The position numbers were made by a program, and so were the translations under genes. The notes below the pieces were generated by a model that saw only the letters and a program-made list of their open reading frames with translations, was not told where the DNA came from and ran no database searches. From the NCBI GenBank assembly GCA_963514005.1, contig OY740808.1:22258001-22322000 (forward strand): 64,000 bases of DNA. Reading direction: 5' to 3'. Below are positions 10,151 through 23,399 of the stretch, one piece after another (positions within the stretch are counted from its first letter, which is position 1; each line of letters starts with the position of its first letter). The DNA comes from Raja brachyura. Taxonomy: Eukaryota.

Positions 10151-13100
10151 ATGTCTGTCTATGCATGTAACTGCGTAAGAGAAATTGCATGTTTGTTTCT
10201 ATGCCTAAGCAATAAAATGTTGCCTGTCGAGGTCTCCTTGACATGTCCAAAAACATGCAGCTATTAACTGCCTCCATCTATTGACATAGACTGTTCCCTC
10301 CCATCCTGTACCTCGCTGCCCCTCACAGTAGCTCACTACCCTCTCCAGCCTCTCCCTCCTCTGATGTACTTCATTCTTCAATTTGAAACCCCTCAACCCT
10401 GTCTCACACCTTCTGCTTTAATCTCTGGCCTTTGTTCTAACCATCTGCCTATTTAAAAAAAAATCCTCACCTGTGTCTACTTCTTACCTGCCTCTCCCAT
10501 CTCCCAGCTTTCCTTTCCCCTTGGCCCCCTTCTACAATCAGTCTGAAGAAGTGTCTCGATCCGAAACGTCAGCTATCCATGTTCTCCACAGATGCTGCCC
10601 GACCTGCTGAGTTACTCCAGCACTTTGTGTCCTGTTCTGCACTTTAACCTGTGTAACTGTGATAAATCAGTATGATCCCCATTGGTACCAGCACAGAAGG
10701 AAGTAGAGGCCATGCCATTAACTAAGGAAGTAGTAGCCTCACCCAACCAGCATCTGCAGTTCCTTGTTATTGCAAGAAAGTAGAGGCGTTGATAGGCTTT
10801 CTTTATGATTGCATCGCACTGCTGGCCCCAGGCCTGTTCATCACAGATATGCACGCCCAGGAATTTGAAACTGTTGACTCTCTCCGCCTGAGACCTCGCC
10901 CACTAATTGGGCCGCTGTAGATTAACCCTCTTGTAAGTGGAAAGGAGATGCTGTAGGACACGAGGCCACAGGTGACCGGATTGTAGATGTTGCTCTAAGT
11001 GGCTTGTTCTGAAATGGCTTGGGTCTGATTGTCCATTGCATGCGTGTGCTCCGGTGTTGCAACTTCCCCAGTTTGCCGCACGATCCTGACCTCAAGTGTT
11101 GTTTGCGTGAAATTTGCAGCTTCTCCCTGTGACTTCTCCAGTTTCCTCCCGTGCGGCTTTGCAGGTTAGTTGGGCTCTGGAAATTGCCCTTAGTGAGCAG
11201 AGGGTGGATGCAAAAGTGGGATGACATAGAATTAGTGAAGGGGTGATCGATGGTCGGCATAGACTCATTGGGCCGAAGGTCCTGTTTCTGTGTTGTGTCT
11301 GAACCACGCTAAACTAAACAAATCTACACTAAACTAAATAAACTATACTATACTAACTAATCTAAACTAAAAAAAAACCTAAACAAACTAAACTAAAAGA
11401 ACTAAACTAAGTTAAAAAAAAATCTGAACTAATAGTCTGAAGAACCTGAAACATCACCCATCCATTTTCTCCAGAGATGCTGCTTGACCAGCTGAGTAAC
11501 TCCAACACTTTGTGTCCATCCTTGGTATAAACCAGCATCTGCAGTTCTTTATTTCAAAGCTAAACTACTGTTATCGAGCTTATCTACTAACTTCTGTCAT
11601 TGCCTTCCAACCCTTTCTGATTCTTATCTCCACAAAGACTCTATGCCTGGATGTCTGAGCTGACATTCCACACCACAGCAGCGATCTCATCCTTTATTAA
11701 CAGAGCTAACCCATCTCCTCTCCCTTTATGCCAATCCTTCCAAGGTGTCACGTTCCCCTGAGCATCATTTCCCAGCCCTGGTCACCTTGCAACCACTTCT
11801 ACGTCACGGTGGTCTGATCGTACTCACAACATTACTCCTGTGCTATCTATCTTATTATGATTGCTGCTTGCATTCAGATAAGCACCCTTTAACAAGAAAG
11901 GAAAATGCTCTTTTGTATCTCTGATTTAAGATTCCCCACCATCCAGTAGTTAATGTAATCTGCTGACCAATATGGTCGTGTGAAACGTGAGTTTCATTAT
12001 TGCATTTGAAACTTGACAGCTTGACCTTCTTAAGGTTACCCAGTGAAAGTGTCACATAGCGTTGTGTGGAAGGGAGTATTGACTGAACAAGGGTAAACAA
12101 AGCTTTTGTTTGCTCCTTTTTATATTGTGGTGTCTGAAGGACGTTCAACTTCACGATGTAGACACTGCATTTAATGATACTTTATTGTCTCATGTACCTA
12201 GATAGTCAAATGCTTTGTGTTTGCATACGACCCGGCAGACTTCACCTCCTCGGCAGAACACAAAGCTTCGCCATGTTCCTGGCTCCAACACATTTTCAAA
12301 AGTTCTTAGAACAGTCTTACCATCCTGTAGCGGCGAACCAGGCCTGCTGGGACCTTCTTAGTTCTCAGCCCCCCCCCCCCACCCCACCCCCCACCCCCCA
12401 TCAATAAACTTTGTTTATCGTTAATGTTAGGCAGAAACATGATGGGCTGCAGAGCCTATTCTTGTACTGTTCCATGTTCCATGTGGGCAACTTGTGTGGT
12501 TGCTCTGAAGACTGAATTTTAACATCCCACATCTAAGGCAGAAGGAGACTTGCAGCCACATAAACCCGTGTTAATGATTGAAACGCTGGTGCCTCTGGCC
12601 TTTAGCGGCTACTGTAAATTGCTCATAAAATAAACACAGAAACCAGAGCAAACCTCCCACAGTTTTCAATGATCACACTTTTCAAGCAGTTGGAAGGTGC
12701 GGGTAGCGGGCTACAGGGAACTCATCCACTAATTGTTTTATGCTTTTTTTTCTGCTGATTATTTTCAGCTGAATAAATCCCGACGCAAGAGCTTGGACAT
12801 CGGACCGTCGGCAGCGGCGAACTGCGGCGGGTTCTAAGGCCCATTCCACAGGTGAAGAAAGGAGGAAGATGACTGAACTTTAATGCCTTCCATCACAGTG
12901 AGGAACGTTGATTCCACTGTGGTGGATGTTTATGTTACATTTTATTCTATGTGGCTGCCTGTCTTGTTGCCTTTCACTTAGTGCGGCTGTATGCTAACTC
13001 AAATATCACTGTACCTTAATTGGTTAAGTGACAATAAATGCGGACTTGAACAAAGTTAGAAATGCACATCTTTAATAACAGAACACTTCACAGAGGTTTC

Positions 13101-13550
13101 ACCAAGATATTAAATATACACAGGATTTTGCTCCGGTGAAGACTGGAAGGGGAAAAATAAACCGGAATGATTTTCTTTAATCTCCTGTGTTGCCAATATC
13201 TCTAACATTTTTTTGTTCCTAACCTTATCTGGAAAGTGTACGCGAGGAAACATAATGTTAGGAACATATTCCATTGATTTATTGTGCCTATAACCATTTT
13301 TTTTTCATCTCTTAAGACTTTATGATAAAAATTCAGTTAAACGTGTCACAGGGTATTTTTGGTTTTATGGGAATATTTACTTTGGACTTTAAACATCAAG
13401 GTATGGAGTGAGAAACTCTGCCACTTTGTGCAATGCTTTACATGCTTGCGACCGAATTTTACCCAGAAAACTATCATTAGGTAGATACAAAATGCTGGAG
13501 TAGCTCAACGGATCAAGCAGCACCTCTGGGGAAAAGGGGTAGGTAATATT

Positions 13551-14080
13551 TTCCCTGACTGAGGTTTACTTCATGCGTGGTCCTATCGACCTCTCACACG
13601 TACTGTGATTCCCCACAAATGCAGACAGACAGATGGAAAAGCAATCCTCTGGGCACTTAGTCTGGGCCCAGAGCAGCTTGGGAGCAGCAGGACTGAAGTC
13701 AGAAGTGGTGGGTAATTAAGGGAGGGGGGGGGGGGGGGGGGGGAGAAGAAATCAGAGTGAAGCTTGTGATGTGAAAGACATCAGTCAGTGTGTGTGTGTG
13801 TGTGTGTGTGTGATTGCGTGTGGAAACACAAATGTTTTATTTGTGCATTGCCAGGGTCCCTCACCTTTTGGCAACATCATGGAACTCCAACGGCAGTCTG
13901 AAGAAGGGTCTCGACCCAAAACATTACCTATTCCTTTTCTCCAGAGATGCCGTCTGACCCACTGAGTTATTCCAGCTTTGTAGTGTCAGCATTCCAAGAC
14001 TTTTCTCACCAGTAGGACTAGAACAGTTCAGGAAGGCAACCCACCACTAAGTTTGCAAGGCCAATTCGATACGGGTAGTG
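13551..14080 (+). repeat. ~520-bp local duplication, copy 1 (copy 2 at 15541-15892 + ~16535-16665)
   Basis: Near-identical ttccctgactgaggtttacttcatgc...gggcacttagtc...(GT)n...ccagggtccctcaccttttggc...gtttgcaaggccaattcga. Confidence 0.9.
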
Positions 14081-15892
14081 GCAACGTTTTGGGTCGAGAC
14101 CCTTCTTCAGTCTTTGGACTTCTTCATGAGTCTGATGAAGGGTTCTGACCCGAAGCGTCACCTCCTCCTTTTCTCCAGATACACTGCCTGACCTGCTGAG
14201 TTACTCCAGCATTTTGTGTCTATCTTTGGTGTAAATCAGCATTCTATGCAGACGTATCATATGTAGGTGAGGAGGTGAGATAAGGCCAGAATAAATAAGG
14301 GCCGGCAGCAGATGACCTCAAGAAGGGTGGAGTCCATAATGGCCCATTTTTGGCTAGTGAAGGTGTGATAACACAAGTGATACAAGGATGCAATAAGTGG
14401 AACTGGTTGGATAACTAGAGGGGGGATGGGGGGGTGGAGGGGAGGGGTTGCAGGAGTTGTTTGAAATTAGAAAAATCAACATTAAGTGGGACCCACCCAT
14501 TGTCCTTTGAGGCGACATTGTGCGAGAAGTATCTAACCAAAATATTTACTTTGGCATTCATCCCTTCTATCTTGGATGGAAATGTCAAAGACTAGAGGGC
14601 TCAGATTTAAGGCGAGAGGGGCAAAGTTTATAGGAGATGTGCGTGACAAGGTTTTTACACAGAGGGTGGTGGGTGGCCTGGGACGTGCTGCCAGGGGTGG
14701 TGGTGGAGGCAGATACGATAGTGGTGTTTGGGAGGCTTTTAGATAGGCACAGGCAGGGAGTGACGGGATGTGTCCAATTTAGCAACACTCAGCGCCATCC
14801 CAGAGAAGTGGAGGAGATTAGTTTAACTTGGCATCGTATTTGACACAGACAATGCGGGCCAAAGGGCCTGTTCCAGTGCTGCATTTTTTTATGAAAGACA
14901 CAAAGTGCTGGATTAACTCAGCAGATCCGGCAGCATCTCTGGAGAAAAAGGGTGGGTGATATTTCAGGTCGGGACCCTGCAGTCTCAGCTTTGTTTCATC
15001 CTTTTTCTCCAGAGTACTGCCTGACCCTCTGAGTTACTCCAGCACTTTGTGTCTATCTTTGGTATTTACCAGCCTCTGCAGTTCTGTCCTACACTGTACT
15101 GCCCTATGTTCTACTCTACTCCTCTTCATTATGATCTCCCCCTGCACTCCCAGCAGCTCAACCCCTCTTGCTCAGTGATGTAGCCAACATTTCTCAGGTT
15201 CCCAGCCCAGTTGTGTGTCTGAGATCCCCCCCATGCCACCCCATTAAGCACACAATATCCATGGGATTCCTCCTGCACTCATGCTACCAGTTCCCCAGGG
15301 ACCCATTTCCCCATTGTCCCTAACCACCAACTCACCTCCCTATCTCATCCAAGTTCCCACCAGAGCCCAGCGCTCCCTGTAGCCACTCCCCATAATCTAT
15401 GGTACCCTCAGACTGTTTTCCTTCACTGGCGGAGGAGAAAAACCTTTGTTCAGGGACTACTGTGTAGCTCTGTTCTAAGACCATAACCAGGGATGCCTGA
15501 AGTGAGGATGTTTTAATCCGCCTTCCATGACGTGTCGTGGTTCCCTGACTGAGGTTTACTTCATGCATGGTCCTATGGGCCTCTCACACGTGCTGTGAAT
15601 CCCCACAAATGCAGACAGACAGATGGAAAAGCAATCCTCTGGGCACTTAGTCACCAGAGCAGCTTGGGAGCAGCAGGACTGAAGTCAGAAGTGGTGGGTA
15701 ATTGAGGGGGGAGGTAAATCAGAGTGAAGCTTGCGATGTGAAAGACATCAGTGTGTGTGTGTGTGTGTGTGTGTGTCATTGCATGTGGAAACACAAATGT
15801 TTTATTCATCAATTGCCAGGGTCCCTCACCTTTTGGCGACATTGGAGCCATCCTGGAACTCCAAGTCCAACAGCAGTCTGAAGAAGGGTCTC

Positions 15893-16420
15893 ATAGAAAC
15901 ATAGAAACATAGAAAATAGGTGCAGGAGTAGGCCATTCGGCCCTTCGAGCCTGCACCGCCATTCAATGTGATCATGGCTGATCATCCAACTCAGTATCCC
16001 GTACCTGCCTTCTCTCCATACCCCCTGATCCCTTTAGCCACAAGTGCCACATCTAACGCCCTCTTAAATATAGCCAATGAACTGGCCTCAACTACCTTCT
16101 GTGGCAGAGAATTCCAGAGACTCACCACTCTCTGTGTAAAGAATGTTTTCCTCATTTCGGTCCTAAAGGAATTCCCCCTTATCCTTAGACTGTGACCCCT
16201 TGTTCTGGACTCCCCCAACATCGGGAACAATCTTCCAGCATCTAGCTTGTCCAACCCCTTAAGAATTTTGTAGGTTTCTATAAGATCCCCCCTCAATCTT
16301 CTAAATTCCATCGAGTACAAACCGAGTCTATCCAATCTTTCCTCATATGAAAGTCCTGACATCCCAGGAATCAGTCTGGTGAATCTTCTCTGTACCCCCT
16401 CTATGGCAAGGATGTCTTTC
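15893..16420 (-). mobile_element. Young CR1 LINE 3' fragment
   Basis: [46 protein letters not shown]..; (CTATGTTT)n tail. Confidence 0.92.
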
Positions 16421-16854
16421 CAAGGATGTCGACCCGAAATGTCGCCTATCTCCTTCGCTCCTTAGATGCTGCTTTCTCCAGCTTTTTGTGTAACCCTCCA
16501 TTCTCCAGCATCTGCAGTTCCTTCTTTAACAACATGCTGTCTGGCCCGCTGAGTTACTCCAGCTTTTTAGTGTCAGCATTCCTAGACTATTCTCACCAGT
16601 AGGACTAAAATAGTTCAGGAAGGCAACCCATCACTAGGTTTGCAAGGCCAATTCGAGATGGGTAGTAGCAGCTTGATCATGAAAGTGAATATAAAAGTAA
16701 ACTTATGTACAAACAGACGGATGTCTACATGGAACATGCATCAACATATTACAACAAATAAGTCTACATGAAAACAAATTGTCAAACTAACATATTATAG
16801 GTTTCATGATTACCTTTCTGTGTGGCTATTGTAATGTAAGTGATGTTAGACGTT

Positions 16855-17135
16855 AGACATACAGCGCGGAGCCCCACTAAGTCTGCGTCGACCATTGATC
16901 ACCCTGTACACTAGCACTATCCTACACACTAGTGACAATTTATAATTTTCCCGAAGCCAATTATGCTACAAACCTGCTCATATTTGGAGTGTGGGAGGAA
17001 ACCAGAACACCCGGAAAAGAACCCATGTGTTTTCAGGGAGAACATACAAACCCCGTACAGATAGCATTCGTAGTCAGGATCGAACATGGATCCCTTTTGC
17101 TGTAACAGCAACTCTACCAGTATGTCACTGTGCCA
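16855..17135 (-). mobile_element. HE1-like V-SINE
   Basis: Reverse complement of SINE head, V-domain and tail. Confidence 0.8.
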
Positions 17136-19584
17136 ACCTGGCATAGAAAATCCAAAAAGTGATCTATTCATTTGGTACTTAATATTCACTGACGATTTCT
17201 CAGATGGAAACACCTGCACTTATACATTGTCTTCATCCCACGAACAATACTTTTTAAAATTCAGGCAATTTAAAATGATTGTCTTTCTGAAACACATTCA
17301 AAAGACCAGGAAACTCTCACTATTTATGCCTTCTGATAAACTGTTCCAAAGTAAATGTTTATTGAAGTGAATGTCAAAAGGTATTATCGATATATGAATA
17401 GGAAGGGTTTATTTAGAGGGCTATGAGCCAAATGCAGGCAACTGGATAGAACAGCCTGGTCAGCATGGACAAGATGGGCCAAAGGGCCTATTTCCATGCT
17501 GTATAGCTCCATGACTCTATAAAATGTCCATAGGACATTTTTACTGTCACCACAATTGTGACAATGTACCCTAGGCACCAAGTCTGGATTGGGCACTCCA
17601 CGATCAACTCTCAAATCATCAAAGAGGTCCTTTACCCCCAGCTAGGCAGCTTACAACCCAGCAATATGAATGTTGGTTTCTCTCATTTCAAGTAACCCCT
17701 GCATTCCCTCTCTCTCTCCAACCCTCCCCCGGACTGAGTTTAGCCCCGAAACGTCGCCTATTCCTTTTCTCCAGAGATGCTGCCAGATCTGCTGAGTTAC
17801 TCCAGCACCTTGTGTCTATTTTAGCTATGTTCAGAGCATGTTCAGATCCATAGCAGCGATGCATTTGTCTACAGTTTTATAGTCTCTGCTAACGGTGTGA
17901 ATATACAGATTAACAGAAACAGAACCCTAACAAAGTTTGTAAGCAAATTTCACAGTAAGAGGGCTAAAATAGAAAACTGCTCTATGACGTCAACAGTAGG
18001 TTTGGAGTGAATGGACCCAATTTGGTATTAGAGTGGCTAGACAAAGTGCTCTCTCATTCATGATAGAACAGTTCCAATGATAAGTTATGTACAAGCAGAA
18101 GGGGAATAGCTCTGGAGAAACCAATTCATTTATATTTTAATTAGAATAATGCTTTGTTAATTGCAACTCATTAAAGTCAATGACAGGCACATGGATGAAC
18201 AGAGAATGTAACAGCCTACACTTGTTATTATCATCGTTTAATTGGACTGATTATGTTCTGCAGATGTGTGTTCACCTTCCCCCATTACAAAATGTTGCAC
18301 CATCTGCACATGAAGACCAAAACAATTCTGGACTCCCTTTCCCTCCAGCACGCTGCCTCCAGCGAACATTCCCAGCGGTTGTGCCAACCTCCGCGGTTAT
18401 TTTTGCCCCGATATTGTTGGATTCATTTATTTGGTGCTTGGATTATTACAATTCATTAAGAAACAACCAGCTACCAGTTGCTCATGCAACCCCAGTTCGT
18501 AAGTCAAAGGAGCAGAATTTGGCCGTTCTATCCATCGAGTCTACTCTGCCATTCAATCATGGCTGATCTATCATTCCCACCCAAATCCATTTTCCTGCCT
18601 TCTCCCATTAACCCCATAACACAGAATGTTTCGAGTTTTGCACCTAATATTTCACTTGGGCAGCTTACAAGCAAGCAGTATGAACATTGATTGCTCTCAT
18701 TTCAAGTAACTCCTGCATTTACTCACCTACTCCTTTCCCCCCTTCGCCCACCCTAGTTGTCCTACCAGTTCCACTGTTGGCATCCTTGTATCCCTCCTGA
18801 TAGCACATCTTCCCCAGCCAACAATGGGCCATTATGGACTCCATCCTTCCTGAGGTCATCTGTTGCCGGACCTGATTCAATCTGGACTTTTTTTCACCCC
18901 CAGATCCCCTGTGAGGAACGGTTCCGACCTGAAACGTCACCTATTCTTTTTCTCCAGTGATGCTGCCTGACTCACTGTTATTCAGCTTTTTGTGTCTATC
19001 TTTGATATAAACCAGTATTTGCAGTTCCTTTCTACACATAGAATATTTCATTTTATGTCAAGAATCAAGAGTGTTTAATTGTCATATGTACTAACAACGG
19101 AGTAATGAAATTCTTGCTTGCAGCAGATTTACAGGCCTGTAAACACAATACACACAGATATATAACAAAAAAGTAATAAATCAATAACCCCAATACCAGT
19201 GCAAAAAAAAACAAGTCCTTAGTGCAACCACAGACAGTCCATAGATGTTCATAGTTATGGTTAGTGTTGTGCAGTGTTCAAGAGCCTGATGGTTGTCGGG
19301 AAGCTGCTCTTGAACCTGGAGATCATGGTTTTCAGGCTCCTGCAACTTCTTTCCGATGGCAGGGGTGAAATGAAACCGTGGACAGGGTGGTGTGGGTATT
19401 TGATGATATTGGCTGTCTTTTTGAGGTATCATCTCCACTGTGTAACAATCAAAATGTACATTGAGATAATTAGAGTTAGCAGAGGCAAGTAGTTTTAATG
19501 AATATATCAAGCTACCTGTAGAACACATTTTATGAGGTGGTTTAAAGGTGAGGGCAAGATTATGAAACAAAACTGGCAGGCAAC

Positions 19585-21390
19585 ATAAAAACTGATTGCA
19601 AAATCTTATATAGATATGTGAAGAGAAAAAGATTAGTTAAAACAAATGTAGGTCCCTTGCAGTCAGAAACAGGTGAATTGATCATGGGGAACAAGGACAT
19701 GGCAGACCAATTGAATAACTACTTTGGTTCTGTCTTCACTAAGGAAGACATAAATAATCTGCCGGAAATAGCAGGGGACCAGGGCACAAATGAGATGGAG
19801 GAAATGAGTGAAATCCAGGTTAATCGGGAAGTGGTGTTAGGTAAATTGAATGGATTAAAGGCTGATAAATCCCCAGGGCCAGATAGGCTGCATCCCAGAG
19901 TGCTTAAGGAAGTAGCCCCAGAAATAGTGGATACATTAGTGATAATTTTTCAAAATTCTTTAGATTCTGGAGTAGTTCCTGAGGTACCTAATGTAACCCC
20001 ACTTTTTTAAAAAGGGATGGAGAGAGAAAACTGGGAATTACAGACCAGTTAGTCTAATATCGGTAGTGGGGAAACTGCTAGTCAGTGTTTAAAGATGGGA
20101 TAGCAGCACATTTGGAAAGTGGTGAAATCATTGGACAAAGTCAGCATGGATTTATGAAAGGTAAATCATGTCTGACGAATCTTATAGAATTTTTCGAGGT
20201 TGTAACTAGTAGAGTGGATAAGGGAGAACCAGTGGATGTGTTATATCTGGACTTTCAGAAGGCTTTGGACAAGGTCCCACATAAGGGATTAATATGCAAA
20301 CTTAAAGCACATGGTATTGGGGGTTCAGTTTTGATGTGGATAGAGAACTGGCTGGCAGACAGGAAGCAAAGAGTAGGAGTAAACAGGTCCTTTTCAGAAT
20401 GGCAGGCAGTGACTAGTGGGGTACCGCTAGACTCAGTGCTGGGACCCCAGCTATTTACAATATATATTAATGATTTGGACGAGGGAATTGAATGCAACAT
20501 CTCCAAGTTTGCGGATGACATGAAGCTGGGGGGCAGTGTTAGCTGTGAGGAGGATGCTAGGAGGCTGCAAGGTGACTTGGATAGGTTGGGTGAGTGGGCA
20601 AATGCATGGCAGATGCAGTATAACATGGATAAATGTGAGGTTATCCATTTTGGTGGCAAGAACAGGAAAGTAGACTATTATCTGAATGGGGGCCGATTAG
20701 GAAGAGGGGAGATGCAACAAGACCTGGTGTCATGGTACACCAGTCATTGAAAGTAGGCATGCAGGTGCAGCAGGCAGTAAAGAAAGTGAATGGTATGTTA
20801 GCATTCATAGCAAAAGGTATAGGAGCAGGGAGGTTCTACTGCAGTTGTACAGGGTCTTGGTGAGGCCACACCTGGAGTATTGCGTACAGTTTTGGTCTCC
20901 ATATCTGAGGAAAGACATTCTTGCCATAGAGGGAGTACAGAGAAGGTTCACCAGACTGATTCCTGGGATGTCAGGACTTTCATATGAAGAAAGACTCGAC
21001 TTGTACTCGCTAGAATTTAGAAGATTGAGGGGGGAACTTATTGAAAAATTCTTAAGGGGTTGGACAGGCTAGATGCAGGAAGATTGTTCCCGATGTTGGG
21101 GAAGTCCAGAACAAGGGGTCACAGTTTAAGGATAAGGGGGCAGTCTTTTAGGACCGAGATGAGAAATTTGTTTTTCACACAGAGAGTGGCGAGTCTCTGG
21201 AATTATCTGCCACAGGCCAGTTCATTGGCTATATTTAAGAGGGAGTTAGATGGGGCCCTTGTGGCTAAAGGGATCAGGGGGTATGGAGAGAAGGCAGGTA
21301 CGGGACAGCCATGATCATATTGAATGGCGGTGCAGGTTTGAAGGGCCGAATGGCCTACCCCTGCACCTATATTCTATGTTTCTGTTTCTA
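19585..21390 (+). mobile_element. CR1 LINE, 5'-truncated and decayed ORF2 with reverse-transcriptase domain
   Basis: KSPGPDRLHPRVLKE, QHGFMKGKSCLTNL, YLDFQKALDKVPH, SVLGPQLF, KFADD and [13 protein letters not shown] motifs, broken by frameshifts and stops. Confidence 0.95.
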
Positions 21391-21391
21391 T

Positions 21392-21690
21392 TCTTGAATC
21401 TGGAGGTTATACTTTTTAGACTCCTACACCTTCTTCCCGATAGTAGGAGTGAAATGAGAGCGAGGCCAGGGGGTGGTGTGGATCCTTGCTGAGGCTGGCT
21501 GTGTTTTTGAGGCAGTGCCTCTCCTACAGTTCCCTTCAATGGTGGGAGGTCAATACTGGTGATGGACCGGGCACTGGGCACTGTGCACCAGTTGGTGTAA
21601 TCTCCTTTGTTCCTGTGCGTTCGAGCTGCCTAACTGGGCCATGATGCAACCAGTCAACATGCTCTCTACTGTACACCTGTAGAAGATCCT
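21392..21690 (-). mobile_element. Rex1/Babar-type LINE 3' fragment
   Basis: Translation ...LLLSGRRCRSLKSITSRFKN, typical of the Rex/Babar RT C-terminus. Confidence 0.7.
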
Positions 21691-21949
21691 TTGTCTCACT
21701 GAGTATATTCAACGATACTGCGCCCTCATGCCTTCTGTAGTGACACATGCAACTCATTACCAGTTTAAGCTCCAGTAAGCACTGATTAGTGAAGGCTAGT
21801 CTCCCAGGCTTATTGCAAATGATTCACAGCTGAGCCCAAGCACCAACCATTTTTCAACTTACCTTGACACTTGTTGATTTTCAGTTTAAATCTGCAGATA
21901 TTAATCAAGCGTTAAGAGTGGATAAGGTCTATGGAAACCTCCACCTTTT

Positions 21950-22167
21950 ATAGACAATAGACAATAGGTGCAGGAGTAGGCCATTCGGCCCTTTGAGCCA
22001 GCACCGCCATTCAATGTGATCATGGCTGATCATCCCCAATCAGTACCCCGTTCCTGCCTTCTCCTCAATTCCCCTTCCTCCACTATTTTTAAGAGCCCTA
22101 TCCAGCTCTCTCTTGAAAGCATCCAGAGAACCAGCCTCCACCGCCCTCTGAGGCAGAGAATTCCACA
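21950..22167 (-). mobile_element. CR1 LINE 3' end
   Basis: WNSLPQRAVEAGSLDAFKRELD; (CTATTGT)n tail. Confidence 0.88.
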
Positions 22168-22789
22168 TTAAAGTTGATACAAGGAGTTTCTGCCTTTGCC
22201 ACTCATTTAACATCACTCTTTGCCAGTCACACAACACTAATTGCTCGATTGTTTTCGTTTTTCGTTTTAGTTTTAGAGATGTAACACGGAAACGGGTCCG
22301 GCCCACCGAGACCACGCTGAACAGCGATACTAGCACTATCCTACACACTAGGGACAATTTACAATTTACAACCTAAAAACCTGTACGTCTTTGGAGTGTG
22401 GGAGGAATCTGGAGCACCCGTAGTGTTACGAATTTCTTCGAATCTATTGCTAATAGGAAGACAAAATAAAATGCGTTGCAATTGTGTGTGAAAGAGAAAC
22501 AATTAGAACTTAAGTATTTTGAGCCGAGACGTGAAATAAATATGAAACCATTGCCAAAGGACCGCGTACCGGGAGAGAGCCAGTGGGGACCTTGGACGTG
22601 AGGAGCAAGGGCCGGTGGGAGGGTGAACCGGGGTAATGCCTCCAGAGCCTTGCAGGTGGGCTGCAGGAGGTCTGGGGCGTACCTGGATCGGGAACTGCTC
22701 CAGTAGTCCGAGCGCACGGGCGGACCTGACCTGCGACTTAGAAACGGAGCCAAAACATTTCACTGTGCAGTTGCACATGTGACAAATAA

Positions 22790-22885
22790 AGGGCCTGTCC
22801 CACATACGTGTCCTTGGCATGCAAATTACGCGACCTCCTGGTTGCGTAATTTGCGTGCCAAGGGCACGCAAGTGGGACAGGCCCT
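22790..22885. mobile_element. PIF/Harbinger-type MITE (96 bp, almost fully palindromic)
   Basis: TIR AGGGCCTGTCCCAC / GTGGGACAGGCCCT; TAA TSD at 22787-22789 and 22886-22888. Confidence 0.85.
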
Positions 22886-23399
22886 TAAAGCACCACTGAA
22901 CCATCTCCACTTGACAAAGCAACTGGCAATAACTGGGTTACATGTGAAACCACAGGGTCAAAACTCATTCACCAGAGGGCATGCGGTTATTGAGGCAGCA
23001 CTCCCTTAATAAGTGAAGAAACATTGGCAACCTTTTTTATAAAGTAGTAAAATCTAACACTCTGCCACGGACAGGCCAGAATTGTTTTCTTGGATATGGG
23101 AAAACAGAGCAGCATTTACAAACAGGAAAGTAATCCAATATCTGCAGAAATTACTAAATCTCAATACAAACTGGATAATGTTACTATGTTCTTGGTTCAT
23201 CCATGTGTCTGCCTTTGAGGTTAATGAGTTGCAATTATGAAAATTAATTATGAAAAATAGATGAACAGGATTATCCAGTGTTATTTCCCTTCTTCTATAC
23301 TCAAACCATCAGTGGAAAATTTCAAAACATAATTGCAATACTACGTTGTGAAATGTGCAGCCACTATAAAGACTAAATTGGGTGAATTTCAAGTCGTCG

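Noticed and set aside
12568-12582. 15-nt identity GTGTTAATGATTGAA with the minus strand at ~26475-26489
   Set aside because: A single AT-rich 15-mer match is expected by chance in a 64-kb two-strand self-comparison, and similarity does not extend.
18042-18065. AAGUGC seed suggesting a miR-430/427/302-type miRNA (also ~8090 and ~26562)
   Set aside because: Not on an arm of a compact 60-70-nt pre-miRNA hairpin, and the rest does not match the family sequences as recalled.
18180-18566. 128-aa ORF after a plausible + acceptor at 18263
   Set aside because: No recognisable domain or donor, and it runs into a CR1 tail. No exons of the mammalian neighbours (PES1, SEC14L) were recognised anywhere in the window.
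19618-21314. Reverse-transcriptase ORFs as a functional gene
   Set aside because: 5'-truncated CR1 with several frameshifts and stops, and GVPQG degraded to GVPLD.
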